Shown: positions 38,320 through 48,868, counted from the stretch's first letter. The stretch is 57,662 bases of DNA from Lachnospiraceae bacterium (GCA_045586245.1 JAZMZZ010000023.1:1-57662); one strand, 5' to 3'. A program made the numbers and translations. Notes: generated from the letters alone by a model not told the origin.

Positions 38320-39702
38320 TTATTTGGATAAATATTCGTCAATTCCCTTAGCCGCTGCTTTACCTGCACCCATAGCAAGGATTACGGTTGCGGCACCGGT
38401 TACGGCATCACCGCCGGCGTAAACGCCTTCTTTGGATGTTGCACCGTTTTCTTCACTTGCAACAATACATTTCCATTTATTTACTTCCAAACCTTCTGTT
38501 GTTGAAGAAATAAGCGGGTTCGGGGATGTACCGAGTGACATAATGACAGTATCTACATCAATAATAAATTCACTTCCAGGAACTTCTACAGGACGTCTTC
38601 TTCCGGAAGCATCCGGCTCACCAAGTTCCATACGGATACATTTGATTCCGTTAACCCAACCGTTTTCATCTTTGAGGATTTCAACCGGATTGGTTAATAA
38701 ATCAAAGATAATTCCTTCTTCTTTTGCGTGATGTACCTCTTCTACTCTGGCAGGAAGTTCTTCTTCACTACGACGGTAAACAATATGTACTTCACTTCCA
38801 AGACGGAGTGCTGTTCTTGCAGCATCCATGGCAACATTACCGCCACCGACTACAGCAACTTTCTTACCCTTCATAATCGGTGTTGTACTGTTTTCATCAA
38901 ATGCTTTCATTAAATTACTTCTTGTTAAGTATTCGTTTGCAGAGAATACACCGTTAGCTGTTTCTCCCGGAATACCCATAAACTTAGGAAGACCTGCTCC
39001 GGAACCGATAAATACGGCACTAAAGCCTTCTTCTTCCAATAATTCATCAATGGTAATTGCTTTACCGATAACTACATTTGTCTCAATCTTTACGCCAAGA
39101 GCTTTTACGTTCTCGATTTCTTTTGCAACTACTTTCTCCTTTGGAAGACGGAATTCCGGAATACCGTAAACAAGTACACCGCCGGCTTCATGCAAAGCTT
39201 CAAAAATAGTTACATCATAACCCATCTTAGCAAGGTCACCGGCACATGTTAATCCGGAAGGGCCGGAACCGATAACCGCTACTTTCTTATTCTTCTTTTC
39301 TGCCGTTACAACAGGCTTAATATTATTCTCTGTTGCCCAGTCAGCAACGAATCTTTCTAATTTACCAATGGAAACAGGTTCACCCTTAATACCACGGATA
39401 CATTTACCCTCACACTGGCTTTCCTGCGGACACACACGACCGCAGATTGCAGGAAGTGCACTCGCCTCAGAAATTACCTGATAAGCTTTTTCAATATTAC
39501 CTTCTTTTACCTGTGAAATAAATCCCGGAATATCAATGGCAACAGGACATCCCTTTACACACTGTGCATTCTTACAATTGATACATCTGGAAGCTTCACA
39601 CTGCGCTTCTTCTAAATTATAGCCAAGACAAACCTCTTCAAAATTGGCTGCTCTTTCTTTCGCATCCTGTTCACGGACAGGAACCTTTTTTAATACGTCC
39701 AT
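38320..39702 (-). CDS. nfnB: NADH-dependent reduced ferredoxin:NADP+ oxidoreductase subunit B (GltD-like)
   Basis: 460 aa. N-terminal 4Fe-4S cysteine clusters (CINCKNAQCVKGCP, CGRVCPQESQCEGKC). Dinucleotide folds GSGPSGL and GGGNVAMD. Paired with the upstream NfnA-type gene. Confidence 0.85.
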   Translation of the reverse strand: MDVLKKVPVREQDAKERAANFEEVCLGYNLEEAQCEASRCINCKNAQCVKGCPVAIDIPGFISQVKEGNIEKAYQVISEASALPAICGRVCPQESQCEGKCIRGIKGEPVSIGKLERFVADWATENNIKPVVTAEKKNKKVAVIGSGPSGLTCAGDLAKMGYDVTIFEALHEAGGVLVYGIPEFRLPKEKVVAKEIENVKALGVKIETNVVIGKAITIDELLEEEGFSAVFIGSGAGLPKFMGIPGETANGVFSANEYLTRSNLMKAFDENSTTPIMKGKKVAVVGGGNVAMDAARTALRLGSEVHIVYRRSEEELPARVEEVHHAKEEGIIFDLLTNPVEILKDENGWVNGIKCIRMELGEPDASGRRRPVEVPGSEFIIDVDTVIMSLGTSPNPLISSTTEGLEVNKWKCIVASEENGATSKEGVYAGGDAVTGAATVILAMGAGKAAAKGIDEYLSK

Positions 39703-39731
39703 TCTATCTATCCTCTCAAATCCTCTATGTA

Positions 39732-40613
39732 TTAATCACAATTTCCACATCCGCCATGGTGTGTGTCGCCTTCTTTTGTTTTTAAGAATGCTCTTCCTTC
39801 TTCCGTCTTATATAGCTGCTGACGTTTCATGGCTTCATCAAAATCTACCTTGTGTCCGTCAAATTCAGGACCGTCAACACATGCAAACTTGATTTCATCG
39901 CCAACTGTCACACGGCATGCACCACACATTCCGGTACCATCAACCATAATCGGATTCAAGCTGACAATCGTAGGAATATTTAATGATTCTGTCATTTTGC
40001 AAACGAATTTCATCATAATCATCGGACCGATTGCAACACAGAGATCGTATTTTTTGCCCTCTTCCTTTACAAGGTCTTCGATAGTCTTAGTAACCATACC
40101 GCTTCTTCCGTATGAACCGTCATCCGTGGTTACATAAAGATTACCTGCAACTTCTTCCATTTCTTTTTCAAGAATCAGTAAATCCTTTGTCTTAGCGCCA
40201 ACAATTACATCCGCATTAACACCCATTTCATGTAAATACTTAACCTGCGGATATACAGGAGCCGTTCCGACACCACCTGCAACAAATAATATATTCATTG
40301 CATCCAGTTCTTCTTTTGTCTTCTCACAAAGTTCGGAAGCACAACCAAGTGGTCCTACTACATCGTGGAAAGAATCACCGGTCTGCAATTTAGACATCTC
40401 AACCGTACTTCCACCAACAATCTGGAACACGATGGTAACCGTACCTGCCTCACGGTCATAATCACAGATGGTAAGCGGAATTCTCTCGCTGTCTGCCGCC
40501 GTACGGACAATTAAAAACTGTCCCGGTAAACAATGTTTTGCTACACGTTTTGCCTCAACTACCATAAGAAATATATTGGTAGTCAGTTCTTCAGCCTTTA
40601 AAATTTTATACAT
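39732..40613 (-). CDS. nfnA: NfnA (sulfide/dihydroorotate dehydrogenase-like FAD/NAD-binding subunit)
   Basis: About 293 aa. Ferredoxin-reductase-like fold (RIPLTICD, GGVGTAPV). C-terminal 2Fe-2S motif GTGMCGACRV. The ATG at 40613 has an AGAGGAGA SD; the ORF-track start at 40655 adds 14 residues that do not look conserved. Confidence 0.85.
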   Translation of the reverse strand: MYKILKAEELTTNIFLMVVEAKRVAKHCLPGQFLIVRTAADSERIPLTICDYDREAGTVTIVFQIVGGSTVEMSKLQTGDSFHDVVGPLGCASELCEKTKEELDAMNILFVAGGVGTAPVYPQVKYLHEMGVNADVIVGAKTKDLLILEKEMEEVAGNLYVTTDDGSYGRSGMVTKTIEDLVKEEGKKYDLCVAIGPMIMMKFVCKMTESLNIPTIVSLNPIMVDGTGMCGACRVTVGDEIKFACVDGPEFDGHKVDFDEAMKRQQLYKTEEGRAFLKTKEGDTHHGGCGNCD

Positions 40614-40738
40614 AATCTCCTCTTTCTGCCATTCCCGGCATTTTATTACTAACAAATACTATATAACTTTAGTGTGATAAAGCACACACATCACCTATAT
40701 TATCGTTTTTGTCAAAAAAAATCAACCCAAATCTGCAC

Positions 40739-42160
40739 TTAAATACCGTCAAGTACCGTATTACCGTTCTCATCGGTTACAATCTTATATACATAACCAT
40801 TCGACAAATCTACACAATACACATTTCCGGTCATATTTCTGGAATTATTTCCTTCCTGATAATATTCCTTAATAACATGCATCATCTTATCATCAATTAT
40901 CTGCAGGGAATCATAAAGATAAATATTTCTACCTTCCTTTCCCTCTATATTACCTTCATCATCCATTATAATATTTCTAATTTTTAATCGATATATCAGG
41001 CGGTATATCGATTCTTGTGCCGGCCATTCCGTCTCGACGTCAAGTTGGAAACTTCTGGCAACCACTTCACTTCGCACACCTTCTTCGCTAATTGCCACAA
41101 AACGGTAATTGGTCACGCCTTCCTTCATCGGAATCGGTTCCCCGTAAATAAATGAATTCTCATCCGGGACACTTCCGTTGGTAGTATAATACACACTGCA
41201 TCCTTCCGGAACCGTCACACTGATTTTCTGTGGCGAGGTATATTGACCGCTTGCAAGTTCTATCTCCGGTTCTCTTGGCTTCGTACCTTCAATAACAAAC
41301 TGCGATTGTGCCACGTCCGAACAGATACCATAATCATTAATATAAATCGCGCGCACATTGTATACGCCGCTTTTTAAAAACACCGGAGCGGTATATAAAT
41401 TACCGTATCGCATCGGATCGGTACCGTTTAATGTATAGTACACATCTCCCGTTGTAGGTGCCGTAATCTTTAACGGAATAACCTGATTATAATGCCCTCC
41501 TTCGTAGCTAAACACCGGAGTAATGGCAAGATAATTCTGGAACGCCGTACGAATCTTTTCACTGTCACTATCCGTTAACAGTTTGCTAATCTCATCGTAT
41601 GCCTCCTCGGATTCGTACATGGCAATGACACGTGCATATGCCATCTCATTATCCGGTTCCATATCCATAGCCGAATAATAATTGGACATTGCGCGGTCTG
41701 TTTCTCCCATTTCAAAAAGACAATCTGCATAGGCAACTAATAAATCATAATTCTGCCCTTCGTCCAATAAATCTTTATACAACTTTGCAGCTTCTTCGTA
41801 TTCCATATTGGAAAATGCAGTCTGCGCATTTACAAGTTTATTTTGCAGGGACTCTTCTTTTTGTCCGGGTCTTGTAAACCATACCACCAAAAATCCGATT
41901 GCAAGCACCAAAAATAACGAAAGGGTAATCACAATCCTTTTCATAAAGCGGAGCGGGGATTCTGTTAATAAATCCTCTTTTAAAAATTCATCCTCCTCTT
42001 CCGCATCCGGAACCACGTCTTCGGCAACCGCAGAAAGTGTCTCAATTATGCTGTTTTCTATTTCCGGTTCAAAATCAGGAACAATACGTATTTCTTCGCC
42101 GCATTTCTCACAGTAAAGAAATCCCTCCTTTAGTTCCTCACCACATTTAGGACACTTCAT
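40739..42160 (-). CDS. zinc-ribbon / TPR / Fn3-associated-repeat membrane protein, unknown function
   Basis: 473 aa. CPKC...CEKC zinc ribbon, one TM segment, TPR-like helices and two repeats of the chitobiase/Fn3-associated type (YYTLNGTDP, YYTTNGSVPDENS). AGGAG SD. Lies 11 nt after fhs. Confidence 0.6.
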   Translation of the reverse strand: MKCPKCGEELKEGFLYCEKCGEEIRIVPDFEPEIENSIIETLSAVAEDVVPDAEEEDEFLKEDLLTESPLRFMKRIVITLSLFLVLAIGFLVVWFTRPGQKEESLQNKLVNAQTAFSNMEYEEAAKLYKDLLDEGQNYDLLVAYADCLFEMGETDRAMSNYYSAMDMEPDNEMAYARVIAMYESEEAYDEISKLLTDSDSEKIRTAFQNYLAITPVFSYEGGHYNQVIPLKITAPTTGDVYYTLNGTDPMRYGNLYTAPVFLKSGVYNVRAIYINDYGICSDVAQSQFVIEGTKPREPEIELASGQYTSPQKISVTVPEGCSVYYTTNGSVPDENSFIYGEPIPMKEGVTNYRFVAISEEGVRSEVVARSFQLDVETEWPAQESIYRLIYRLKIRNIIMDDEGNIEGKEGRNIYLYDSLQIIDDKMMHVIKEYYQEGNNSRNMTGNVYCVDLSNGYVYKIVTDENGNTVLDGI

Positions 42161-42171
42161 GCTTAAAACTC

Positions 42172-43842
42172 CTAGAATAATCCTGTAATCATACCATTCT
42201 CATCTACATCAATGGAATAAGCCGCCGGCTTCTTAGGTAAGCCTGGCATTGTCATAACATTACCTGTTAAAACAACGATAAATCCGGCTCCTGCCGAAAC
42301 ATACGCTTCACGTACGGTAATCGAAAATCCGCTTGGTCTTCCGAGTAATTTTTCATTATCCGATAACGAATACTGTGTCTTTGCCATACAAACCGGCAAA
42401 TTACCGAATCCGAGGTCTTCGAGTTTTTTAATCTGCGATGCTGCATTACCGGCAAAATTCACACCGTCCGCACCGTATATTTCTTTTGCAATTGCTGCAA
42501 TTTTATCGGTAATGGAAAGATTCTCATCATAAAGAACCTTGAAATTACTTTCTTTATTTTCCAAAGTATCAAGAACCGCTTCTGCAAGTTCCATTCCACC
42601 ATCTCCGCCAAATTCCCATACTTTGGACAGAGCAAAATCACAATTACGTTCTTTACAGAAATCACGTACAAATGCTGTCTCTTCATCACTGTCTGTTACA
42701 AATGCATTCAAAGTAACAACAACCGGAACGCCATATTTCTGAAGATTCTCAATATGTTTTTCAAGATTGCAGATACCTGCCTTTAATGCATCCAGATTTG
42801 GTGTGGAAAGGTCTTCTTTCTTAACACCACCGTTGTACTTAAGTGCACGGATGGTTGCAACAAGAACAATTGCATCCGGTTTTAATCCGGCCATGCGGCA
42901 TTTAATATCAAGGAATTTCTCTGCTCCGAGATCTGCACCGAATCCTGCTTCCGTAATAACATAATCCGCCATTTTAAGGGCTGTCTTGGTTGCTCTTACG
43001 GAATTACATCCATGTGCAATATTGGCAAAAGGACCGCCATGCACAAGTGCCGGTGTATGCTCCAGTGTCTGAATCAGATTCGGTTTCATTGCATCTTTTA
43101 ATAAAGCCGCCATGGAACCGACTGCATTTAACTGGGATGCGGTAACCGGTTCTCCCTTATAGTTGTATGCAACAACCATTCTTCCAAGTCTGTTCTTTAA
43201 ATCTTCCATATCGGAAGCCAGACATAAAACAGCCATAATTTCAGAGGCAACCGTAATTACAAAGTGGTCTTCCCTTACAAAACCATCTGTTTTATTACCA
43301 AGTCCCACAATCACATTACGAAGGACACGGTCATTCATATCCACACAACGTTTCCATACTACCTGACGGGTGTCGATTCCAAGTTCATTACCCTGCTGGA
43401 TGTGATTATCCAGTAATGCTGCCAATAAATTGTTGGCAGATGTAATCGCATGGAAATCTCCCGTAAAGTGCAGGTTTAAATCTTCCATCGGAACAACCTG
43501 CGCGTATCCGCCGCCGGCTGCACCGCCTTTCACACCAAAGCAAGGTCCCAAAGAAGGCTCACGCAGGGCGATAACCGCCTTTTTACCAAGCTTGCCGAAT
43601 GCCTGTCCAAGTCCGACTGTAGTGGTTGTCTTACCTTCTCCTGCCGGTGTTGGATTAATAGCAGTGACAAGAATCAGTTTTCCATCCGGATTATTCTGAA
43701 TACGCTCTATGTATTCATCCGAAATCTTGGCTTTGTATTTGCCGTAAAATTCCAATTCATCCCTTGTCAGACCAAGCTGCTTTGCAACTTCTTCAATAGG
43801 CTGTAATACCGCTTCCTGTGCAATCTGAATATCTGTTTTCAT
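42172..43842 (-). CDS. fhs: formate-tetrahydrofolate ligase
   Basis: 556 aa. [16 protein letters not shown]-loop and full-length FTHFS similarity. AGGAGA SD. Confidence 0.97.
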   Translation of the reverse strand: MKTDIQIAQEAVLQPIEEVAKQLGLTRDELEFYGKYKAKISDEYIERIQNNPDGKLILVTAINPTPAGEGKTTTTVGLGQAFGKLGKKAVIALREPSLGPCFGVKGGAAGGGYAQVVPMEDLNLHFTGDFHAITSANNLLAALLDNHIQQGNELGIDTRQVVWKRCVDMNDRVLRNVIVGLGNKTDGFVREDHFVITVASEIMAVLCLASDMEDLKNRLGRMVVAYNYKGEPVTASQLNAVGSMAALLKDAMKPNLIQTLEHTPALVHGGPFANIAHGCNSVRATKTALKMADYVITEAGFGADLGAEKFLDIKCRMAGLKPDAIVLVATIRALKYNGGVKKEDLSTPNLDALKAGICNLEKHIENLQKYGVPVVVTLNAFVTDSDEETAFVRDFCKERNCDFALSKVWEFGGDGGMELAEAVLDTLENKESNFKVLYDENLSITDKIAAIAKEIYGADGVNFAGNAASQIKKLEDLGFGNLPVCMAKTQYSLSDNEKLLGRPSGFSITVREAYVSAGAGFIVVLTGNVMTMPGLPKKPAAYSIDVDENGMITGLF

Positions 43843-43897
43843 AAATATTTCTCCTGATTAGTGTTTTTATCTGTAATGTCTTGCCGTTATAACGGGA

Positions 43898-46513
43898 TTA
43901 GACATATTCCTCAATATATTCCTCAAATTGTTCCATACTCATTAGAACTTTTCTAGGCTTCGTTCCTTCTTCTTCTCCGACTACTCCTGCATCGGCAAGC
44001 TGGTCCATAATTCTTGCCGCACGGTTAAATCCAATCTTAAATACTCTCTGAAGCATACCGATGGATGCCTTTTCTTTTTCAATAATGAATCGGCCGGCTT
44101 CTACAAAATAGCTGTCCAGTTCGCTTGAAGAACCACCACCTGAAGAAGCACTTCCTGAAGAACCGATACTCTTAATCTTTTCTTCAATATCGGTATCGTA
44201 TGTATTGCCGATTGTCTGGTTTTTAAGGTAATCCACTACATCGGATACTTCACCGTCTGAGATAAATGCGCCCTGCATACGCGCCGGTTTCGTATAGCCC
44301 TGCGGGTAGAACAACATATCACCCTTACCCAGTAACTTTTCAGCACCGTTCATATCCAGAATTGTTCTGGAGTCCACGCCGCTGGAAACCGCAAATGCAA
44401 CACGGCTGGGCATATTCGCTTTGATAATTCCTGTAATGACATCCACAGAAGGTCTCTGTGTCGCAATAATCAAATGGATACCCGCCGCTCTGGCAAGCTG
44501 TGCCAGACGGCATATAGCTTCCTCTACCTCGTGTGCGGCGACCATCATAAGGTCGGCAAGCTCGTCCACAATAATGACTATCTGAGGCATCTTAGCGATA
44601 TCTTCGCCTTTTTCTTTCAGCGCCTCAACCTGCTTGTTATATCCCTTTAAATCACGGACATTCATATCCGCAAATTTCTTATAACGGTCGGTCATCTCCG
44701 CTACTGCCCAATTCAAGGCCGCAGCCGCTTTCTTAGGATCTGTAACCACCGGAATCATCAAATGCGGAATACCGTTATATACGCTTAATTCCACGACTTT
44801 AGGGTCAACCATAATCAGTTTCACGTCGTCCGGATGTGCTTTGTACAAAATACTCATAATAATTGTATTGATACATACCGATTTACCGGAACCCGTAGCA
44901 CCTGCAATTAACATATGGGGCATCTTGGCAATATCGGCAACCACAACCTGTCCGCTGATATCCTTGCCGACTGCAAACGCAAGATTACTCTGGAAATCCT
45001 TATAGGTCTTACTCTCAATCAAATCACGAAAAGCAACCGCCGAATTCTCTTTATTCGGGACTTCGATACCGACTGCCGATTTACCCGGAATCGGTGCTTC
45101 AATACGGATGTCTGCCGCTGCAAGATTCAATTTAATATCATCCGCCAAATTAACAATACGCGAAACCTTAACACCCGGCTCCGGCTGTAATTCATATCGG
45201 GTAACACTCGGTCCCTGACTGATATCGGTAACCGTAACATTTACGCCAAATGTCTTTAATGTATTCTGCAAATGCATTGCGGTATCGCGGAGTTCATTTA
45301 CAGAACTGCCCTTTCCCGAACCGCTTCCCGGTTTTAACAGATTAACCGGTGGGAATACATATTTCTTGTTCGGCTTAGTGGCTGTCTTAATCTTTATTTC
45401 TTCCGCAACCGGAGTATCCTGCACTGCCGGTTTCTTTTCACGGGTCGCACGTGGTCTTACCACCTCCATTCCTTCCGGAATGGATTCCTGCATTGTCACA
45501 GGTTTTGCAGACTCTGTTTCTTTTACCTTTTCATGCGGCATAACAAATTCTTCCCGCTTATTCGTCGCCGCCGTATGAATACGGATATTATCAATCGTAT
45601 CCGGTATCACTTCCTGTTCATAGGAATTTTCATCAATTCTTGAAGGACGTTTTGGAATATCATCCACTGTAATCTCATGGATATCATCCCTAATCTGTGT
45701 CTTTTTATCCTCTTCTTTTAAAGTTGTATTCAGCATGACGCCGGATACCTTTTTATTCATACGCAGGATTTTCTCGGCTTCTTTTCCATTCTCCTGCGCT
45801 GTCTTAGTCGTTTTCTCTTCTTCTTTTTTCTTCAGTTGTTCCGCTCTTCTAAGTTCTGCCTGTTCCCTGCGGTATTGTGCATCGTCTTTTGCGGTATGAT
45901 ATACCTTCTTGGAATTCTCGCTGACGGATTTTACCACGGATTTACCGGTAATCAGAACAAAACAAATAACCATGACTACCAAAACCACCAATATGGTACC
46001 AGCCATATCAAGCAAACTGTACAATCCGTAAGCAACCGTTCCGCCAAGAACACCGCCGCCTTTTCTGTTTGCTGAAGCATACTCATACAAAGCAGTAATG
46101 GAATAGCTGTCCATATTCTTAATCGTATCTGCATACAATTCTACAATAACACCCACTGCAACAAATAAAATCACTGCCGCAGTCAGTTTCATGGTCGCCC
46201 TGAAATTACCCTGGTTGGAAATACCGAATGCAATAGCCAGAAAAACAAATACCGGTGCAATATATGCCGTAAGTCCGAAAATACCAAACATTACCTTACT
46301 GATTGCATCACCAACAGGTCCTATAATTCCAAAATTGCACAAGAATAACAACGCACCCACCGCCAATGTAATCAGCAACAGCACTTCATTACTGATTAAT
46401 CTCTCTTCATTGGTTCTGGTCCGTTGTGCACTACCCTTGCGTCCTGAATTTCTATTTGATGTATTCCTTCTGCCGGAAGATGTTGTTTTTTTTCTGCCGG
46501 AAGTCGATGCCAT
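43898..46513 (-). CDS. ftsK: DNA translocase FtsK/SpoIIIE
   Basis: N-terminal TM segments and a Lys/Glu-rich linker. Walker A GATGSGKS and Walker B IVIIVDELADL. C-terminal gamma winged helix (MLQRVFKIGFNRAARIMDQL). The ATG at 46513 has a GAGGTG SD 5 nt upstream; the ORF-track start is 46540. Confidence 0.93.
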   Translation of the reverse strand: MASTSGRKKTTSSGRRNTSNRNSGRKGSAQRTRTNEERLISNEVLLLITLAVGALLFLCNFGIIGPVGDAISKVMFGIFGLTAYIAPVFVFLAIAFGISNQGNFRATMKLTAAVILFVAVGVIVELYADTIKNMDSYSITALYEYASANRKGGGVLGGTVAYGLYSLLDMAGTILVVLVVMVICFVLITGKSVVKSVSENSKKVYHTAKDDAQYRREQAELRRAEQLKKKEEEKTTKTAQENGKEAEKILRMNKKVSGVMLNTTLKEEDKKTQIRDDIHEITVDDIPKRPSRIDENSYEQEVIPDTIDNIRIHTAATNKREEFVMPHEKVKETESAKPVTMQESIPEGMEVVRPRATREKKPAVQDTPVAEEIKIKTATKPNKKYVFPPVNLLKPGSGSGKGSSVNELRDTAMHLQNTLKTFGVNVTVTDISQGPSVTRYELQPEPGVKVSRIVNLADDIKLNLAAADIRIEAPIPGKSAVGIEVPNKENSAVAFRDLIESKTYKDFQSNLAFAVGKDISGQVVVADIAKMPHMLIAGATGSGKSVCINTIIMSILYKAHPDDVKLIMVDPKVVELSVYNGIPHLMIPVVTDPKKAAAALNWAVAEMTDRYKKFADMNVRDLKGYNKQVEALKEKGEDIAKMPQIVIIVDELADLMMVAAHEVEEAICRLAQLARAAGIHLIIATQRPSVDVITGIIKANMPSRVAFAVSSGVDSRTILDMNGAEKLLGKGDMLFYPQGYTKPARMQGAFISDGEVSDVVDYLKNQTIGNTYDTDIEEKIKSIGSSGSASSGGGSSSELDSYFVEAGRFIIEKEKASIGMLQRVFKIGFNRAARIMDQLADAGVVGEEEGTKPRKVLMSMEQFEEYIEEYV

Positions 46514-46585
46514 ACTTTCACCTCGTAACATATTTATCATTTAGAATCAATATATTATAGCATAAAAAGGGCATACGGTCATCCT

Positions 46586-47224
46586 TTATTTTATCATTTC
46601 ACAGAGCTTACGATAGGCATCTTCCATTCCGCCGACTTCGTTAATGATTCCTTCTTTTACTGCCTCTTTTCCAACCAGAATGGAACCTACATCCTTTGTT
46701 AAAAATCCGGTTTCGAGCATTAATTTTTCCAGCCTTTGCTGCGTAATATCACAATGACCGCACACAAAAGACACAATACGGTCCTGAATCTGTTTAAAAT
46801 ACTCAAAAGTTTGTGATACCCCAATTACCATGCCGTTGGTTCTGACTGGATGAATCACCATGGTTCCTGTCGGAACAATAAAAGAATAATCACTGCTCAC
46901 CGCAATCGGAACCCCAATCGAATGGCTGCCGCCAAGTACCAGTGATACCGTTGGCTTACTGATGGATGCAATCATTTCCGCAATCGCAAGGCCCGCCTCC
47001 ACATCTCCGCCCATGGTATGAATCAATATGAGCACACCGTCTATTTCTTCATTATCCTGTATCATGGCCAGCCTTGGGATAATATGTTCATATTTTGTGG
47101 CTTTCGATGAATTTCCAACCACCTCATGACCTTCTATTTCCCCGATTATTGTCATCAGAAAAATCTTTTTTCCATCCGCATTCTTATCAAGCATCGCCTG
47201 TCCGCTTTCTTTAATATCTTCCAT
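46586..47224 (-). CDS. ClpP-fold serine protease, TepA/YmfB-like
   Basis: 212 aa. ClpP-like core with Ser in GGSHSIG and His in MVIHPV. Adjacent to ftsK/spoIIIE, as tepA is in B. subtilis. GAGGTGA SD. Confidence 0.75.
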   Translation of the reverse strand: MEDIKESGQAMLDKNADGKKIFLMTIIGEIEGHEVVGNSSKATKYEHIIPRLAMIQDNEEIDGVLILIHTMGGDVEAGLAIAEMIASISKPTVSLVLGGSHSIGVPIAVSSDYSFIVPTGTMVIHPVRTNGMVIGVSQTFEYFKQIQDRIVSFVCGHCDITQQRLEKLMLETGFLTKDVGSILVGKEAVKEGIINEVGGMEDAYRKLCEMIK

Positions 47225-47244
47225 GTTTCACCTCAAACGAATCC

Positions 47245-47279
47245 TATTTTGCAATAAAAAAGTAAGGACCGTAATTATC
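47245..47279 (-). terminator. rho-independent terminator after the 488-aa membrane protein gene
   Basis: On the minus strand: GUAAGGAC-ugauaauuacg-GUCCUUAC followed by UUUUUUAUU. Confidence 0.7.
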
Positions 47280-47326
47280 AGTCCTTACTTTAGTATTTCT
47301 AAAAAAAATATTTTTATTATGTTAAA

Positions 47327-48793
47327 TTAATAATCGTACTCATCGTTTTCGATTTCGATATCAAAATGCATCATATCTTCGCTTGGTTCAAATGCATAAT
47401 CAAGCACCTTTGGTTTGTGCTTTTTCGGCATCGGAAGTACGTTCTCGATAGGTGCCTTCCTATCGATAGGAGCCGACATATCCTGTACATTAGGAACAGT
47501 TTGTTCTGTCTCCTTCTTATCTTCCTCCACAACCTCTGTAAGCGCAAGTTCTACCTTTAGAGGCTCTTCTTTTCTGACTTCAATACCTTCCGTACTATGC
47601 ATAACTTCTTGCATTTCTTCCCATTCAAACTTTGCATCAACTGCATTTGCAGGAATAGGATTTCCGGTCACAACTACCGGCTTTGTCCTGAAAATAATCC
47701 GCATGCTCTGCGAAATCATAAAGAACAGATTGACTAGGGCAAGAAGCATCATGCAATAGGATGCTTCAAATTCATAATTTGATAACCAAACCGCTAAAAA
47801 TCCGTATCCGATAAACGGAAGCACAAACAGGATGCGATGATCCTGCTTATCCATATAAAAAGTTACACAATACATAATCAACAGTACTGCCAATGCAATC
47901 ATTTCTGCATCCAAAACATATACCTCTCCCGGTGTGGTCCCACCGGATACAAAAGGTGCCTTTGCATATAAGAGCACACCCATTTTGGCATAAAATATAA
48001 ATCCTGCAAACAACAGTTGTGCAAAAACCATTACCAGATACGTAATATTCTTCTTTTTCCAAGCCTTTTCAAGCAGACAAATAACGGCTAAAAAAAGAAT
48101 CACAACAAAAATCCAGAAATTAGTAATTCCGGTATCCTCTGCCGTATAGAAAAAGCTCGGCAGTACCGCATACAACAATGCCGGAATCCATGCAAAAATA
48201 CCTTTTTGCATATTCCATCCGATAACCATTAACAGAATAAACGTTACTACCTGCATAATCAACTGGGTTACAAACAGAACTTCTATTTTGTTTCCAAAGA
48301 ACAAAAATATGCCATGTAATACATAAGTATATGCCTGTTCCAATACAGACATCGTTCCTACACCCGTACCCTGTCCGAAAACTGCACCAACTTTGGAAAG
48401 TTCATAAAAGCATGCCGCCTGTGGGGATAGTGCACTCGAATAAGACTGCAAAAACCACGCATGTAAAAATGATGCATACCGCAGTACACAGAATACGGTT
48501 ATTATACCCGCACAAAACAGAATATGCCCGGTTACGCCAAGCCATTTAGGCATTGAAGGAGTTTTTACCTTACTGCAAATCAAGCGTAATAAAAGCACTA
48601 CCGGCACCACTGCCAGAACAGTCAGTATTTTTGCTATCAAATCCACATAAAACTCATCCCACGGTATGTAAGAAGAAATCATGGCATAGAAATCCTGCCA
48701 TTCAACCGTCAAAATACAATATGAAATAAATGCAGCGGGTACTGCGAACAAAAACCACAATACATCTGAAAACCAGGTCTTTTTAAGACTCAT
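47327..48793 (-). CDS. polytopic membrane protein with an acidic cytoplasmic tail, unknown function
   Basis: 488 aa. About 11 TM segments in the first 370 aa, then a Glu/Asp-rich hydrophilic tail ending IEIENDEYDY. GGGGGA SD. Confidence 0.6.
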   Translation of the reverse strand: MSLKKTWFSDVLWFLFAVPAAFISYCILTVEWQDFYAMISSYIPWDEFYVDLIAKILTVLAVVPVVLLLRLICSKVKTPSMPKWLGVTGHILFCAGIITVFCVLRYASFLHAWFLQSYSSALSPQAACFYELSKVGAVFGQGTGVGTMSVLEQAYTYVLHGIFLFFGNKIEVLFVTQLIMQVVTFILLMVIGWNMQKGIFAWIPALLYAVLPSFFYTAEDTGITNFWIFVVILFLAVICLLEKAWKKKNITYLVMVFAQLLFAGFIFYAKMGVLLYAKAPFVSGGTTPGEVYVLDAEMIALAVLLIMYCVTFYMDKQDHRILFVLPFIGYGFLAVWLSNYEFEASYCMMLLALVNLFFMISQSMRIIFRTKPVVVTGNPIPANAVDAKFEWEEMQEVMHSTEGIEVRKEEPLKVELALTEVVEEDKKETEQTVPNVQDMSAPIDRKAPIENVLPMPKKHKPKVLDYAFEPSEDMMHFDIEIENDEYDY

Positions 48794-48810
48794 GCCAATC
48801 CCCCTGTAAT

Positions 48811-48845
48811 AGACAAGATACCGGCAGAAATGTAATTTCTGCCGG
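48811..48845 (-). terminator. probable terminator after metY
   Basis: On the minus strand: CCGGCAGAAA-uuaca-UUUCUGCCGG, a 10-bp stem, followed by the moderately U-rich UAUCUUGUCU. Confidence 0.55.
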
Positions 48846-48868
48846 AACTTTACTGGTTACATACTCAT

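Noticed and set aside
40672-40687. GTGTG-N6-CACAC palindrome upstream of nfnA as a Rex or CRP/FNR-type operator
   Set aside because: The TGTG...CACA half-sites are 6 nt apart (14-bp core). Rex operators (TGTGAA-N4-TTCACA) and CRP/FNR sites (TGTGA-N6-TCACA) both have 16-bp cores. It is kept only as an unassigned inverted repeat within a finding.
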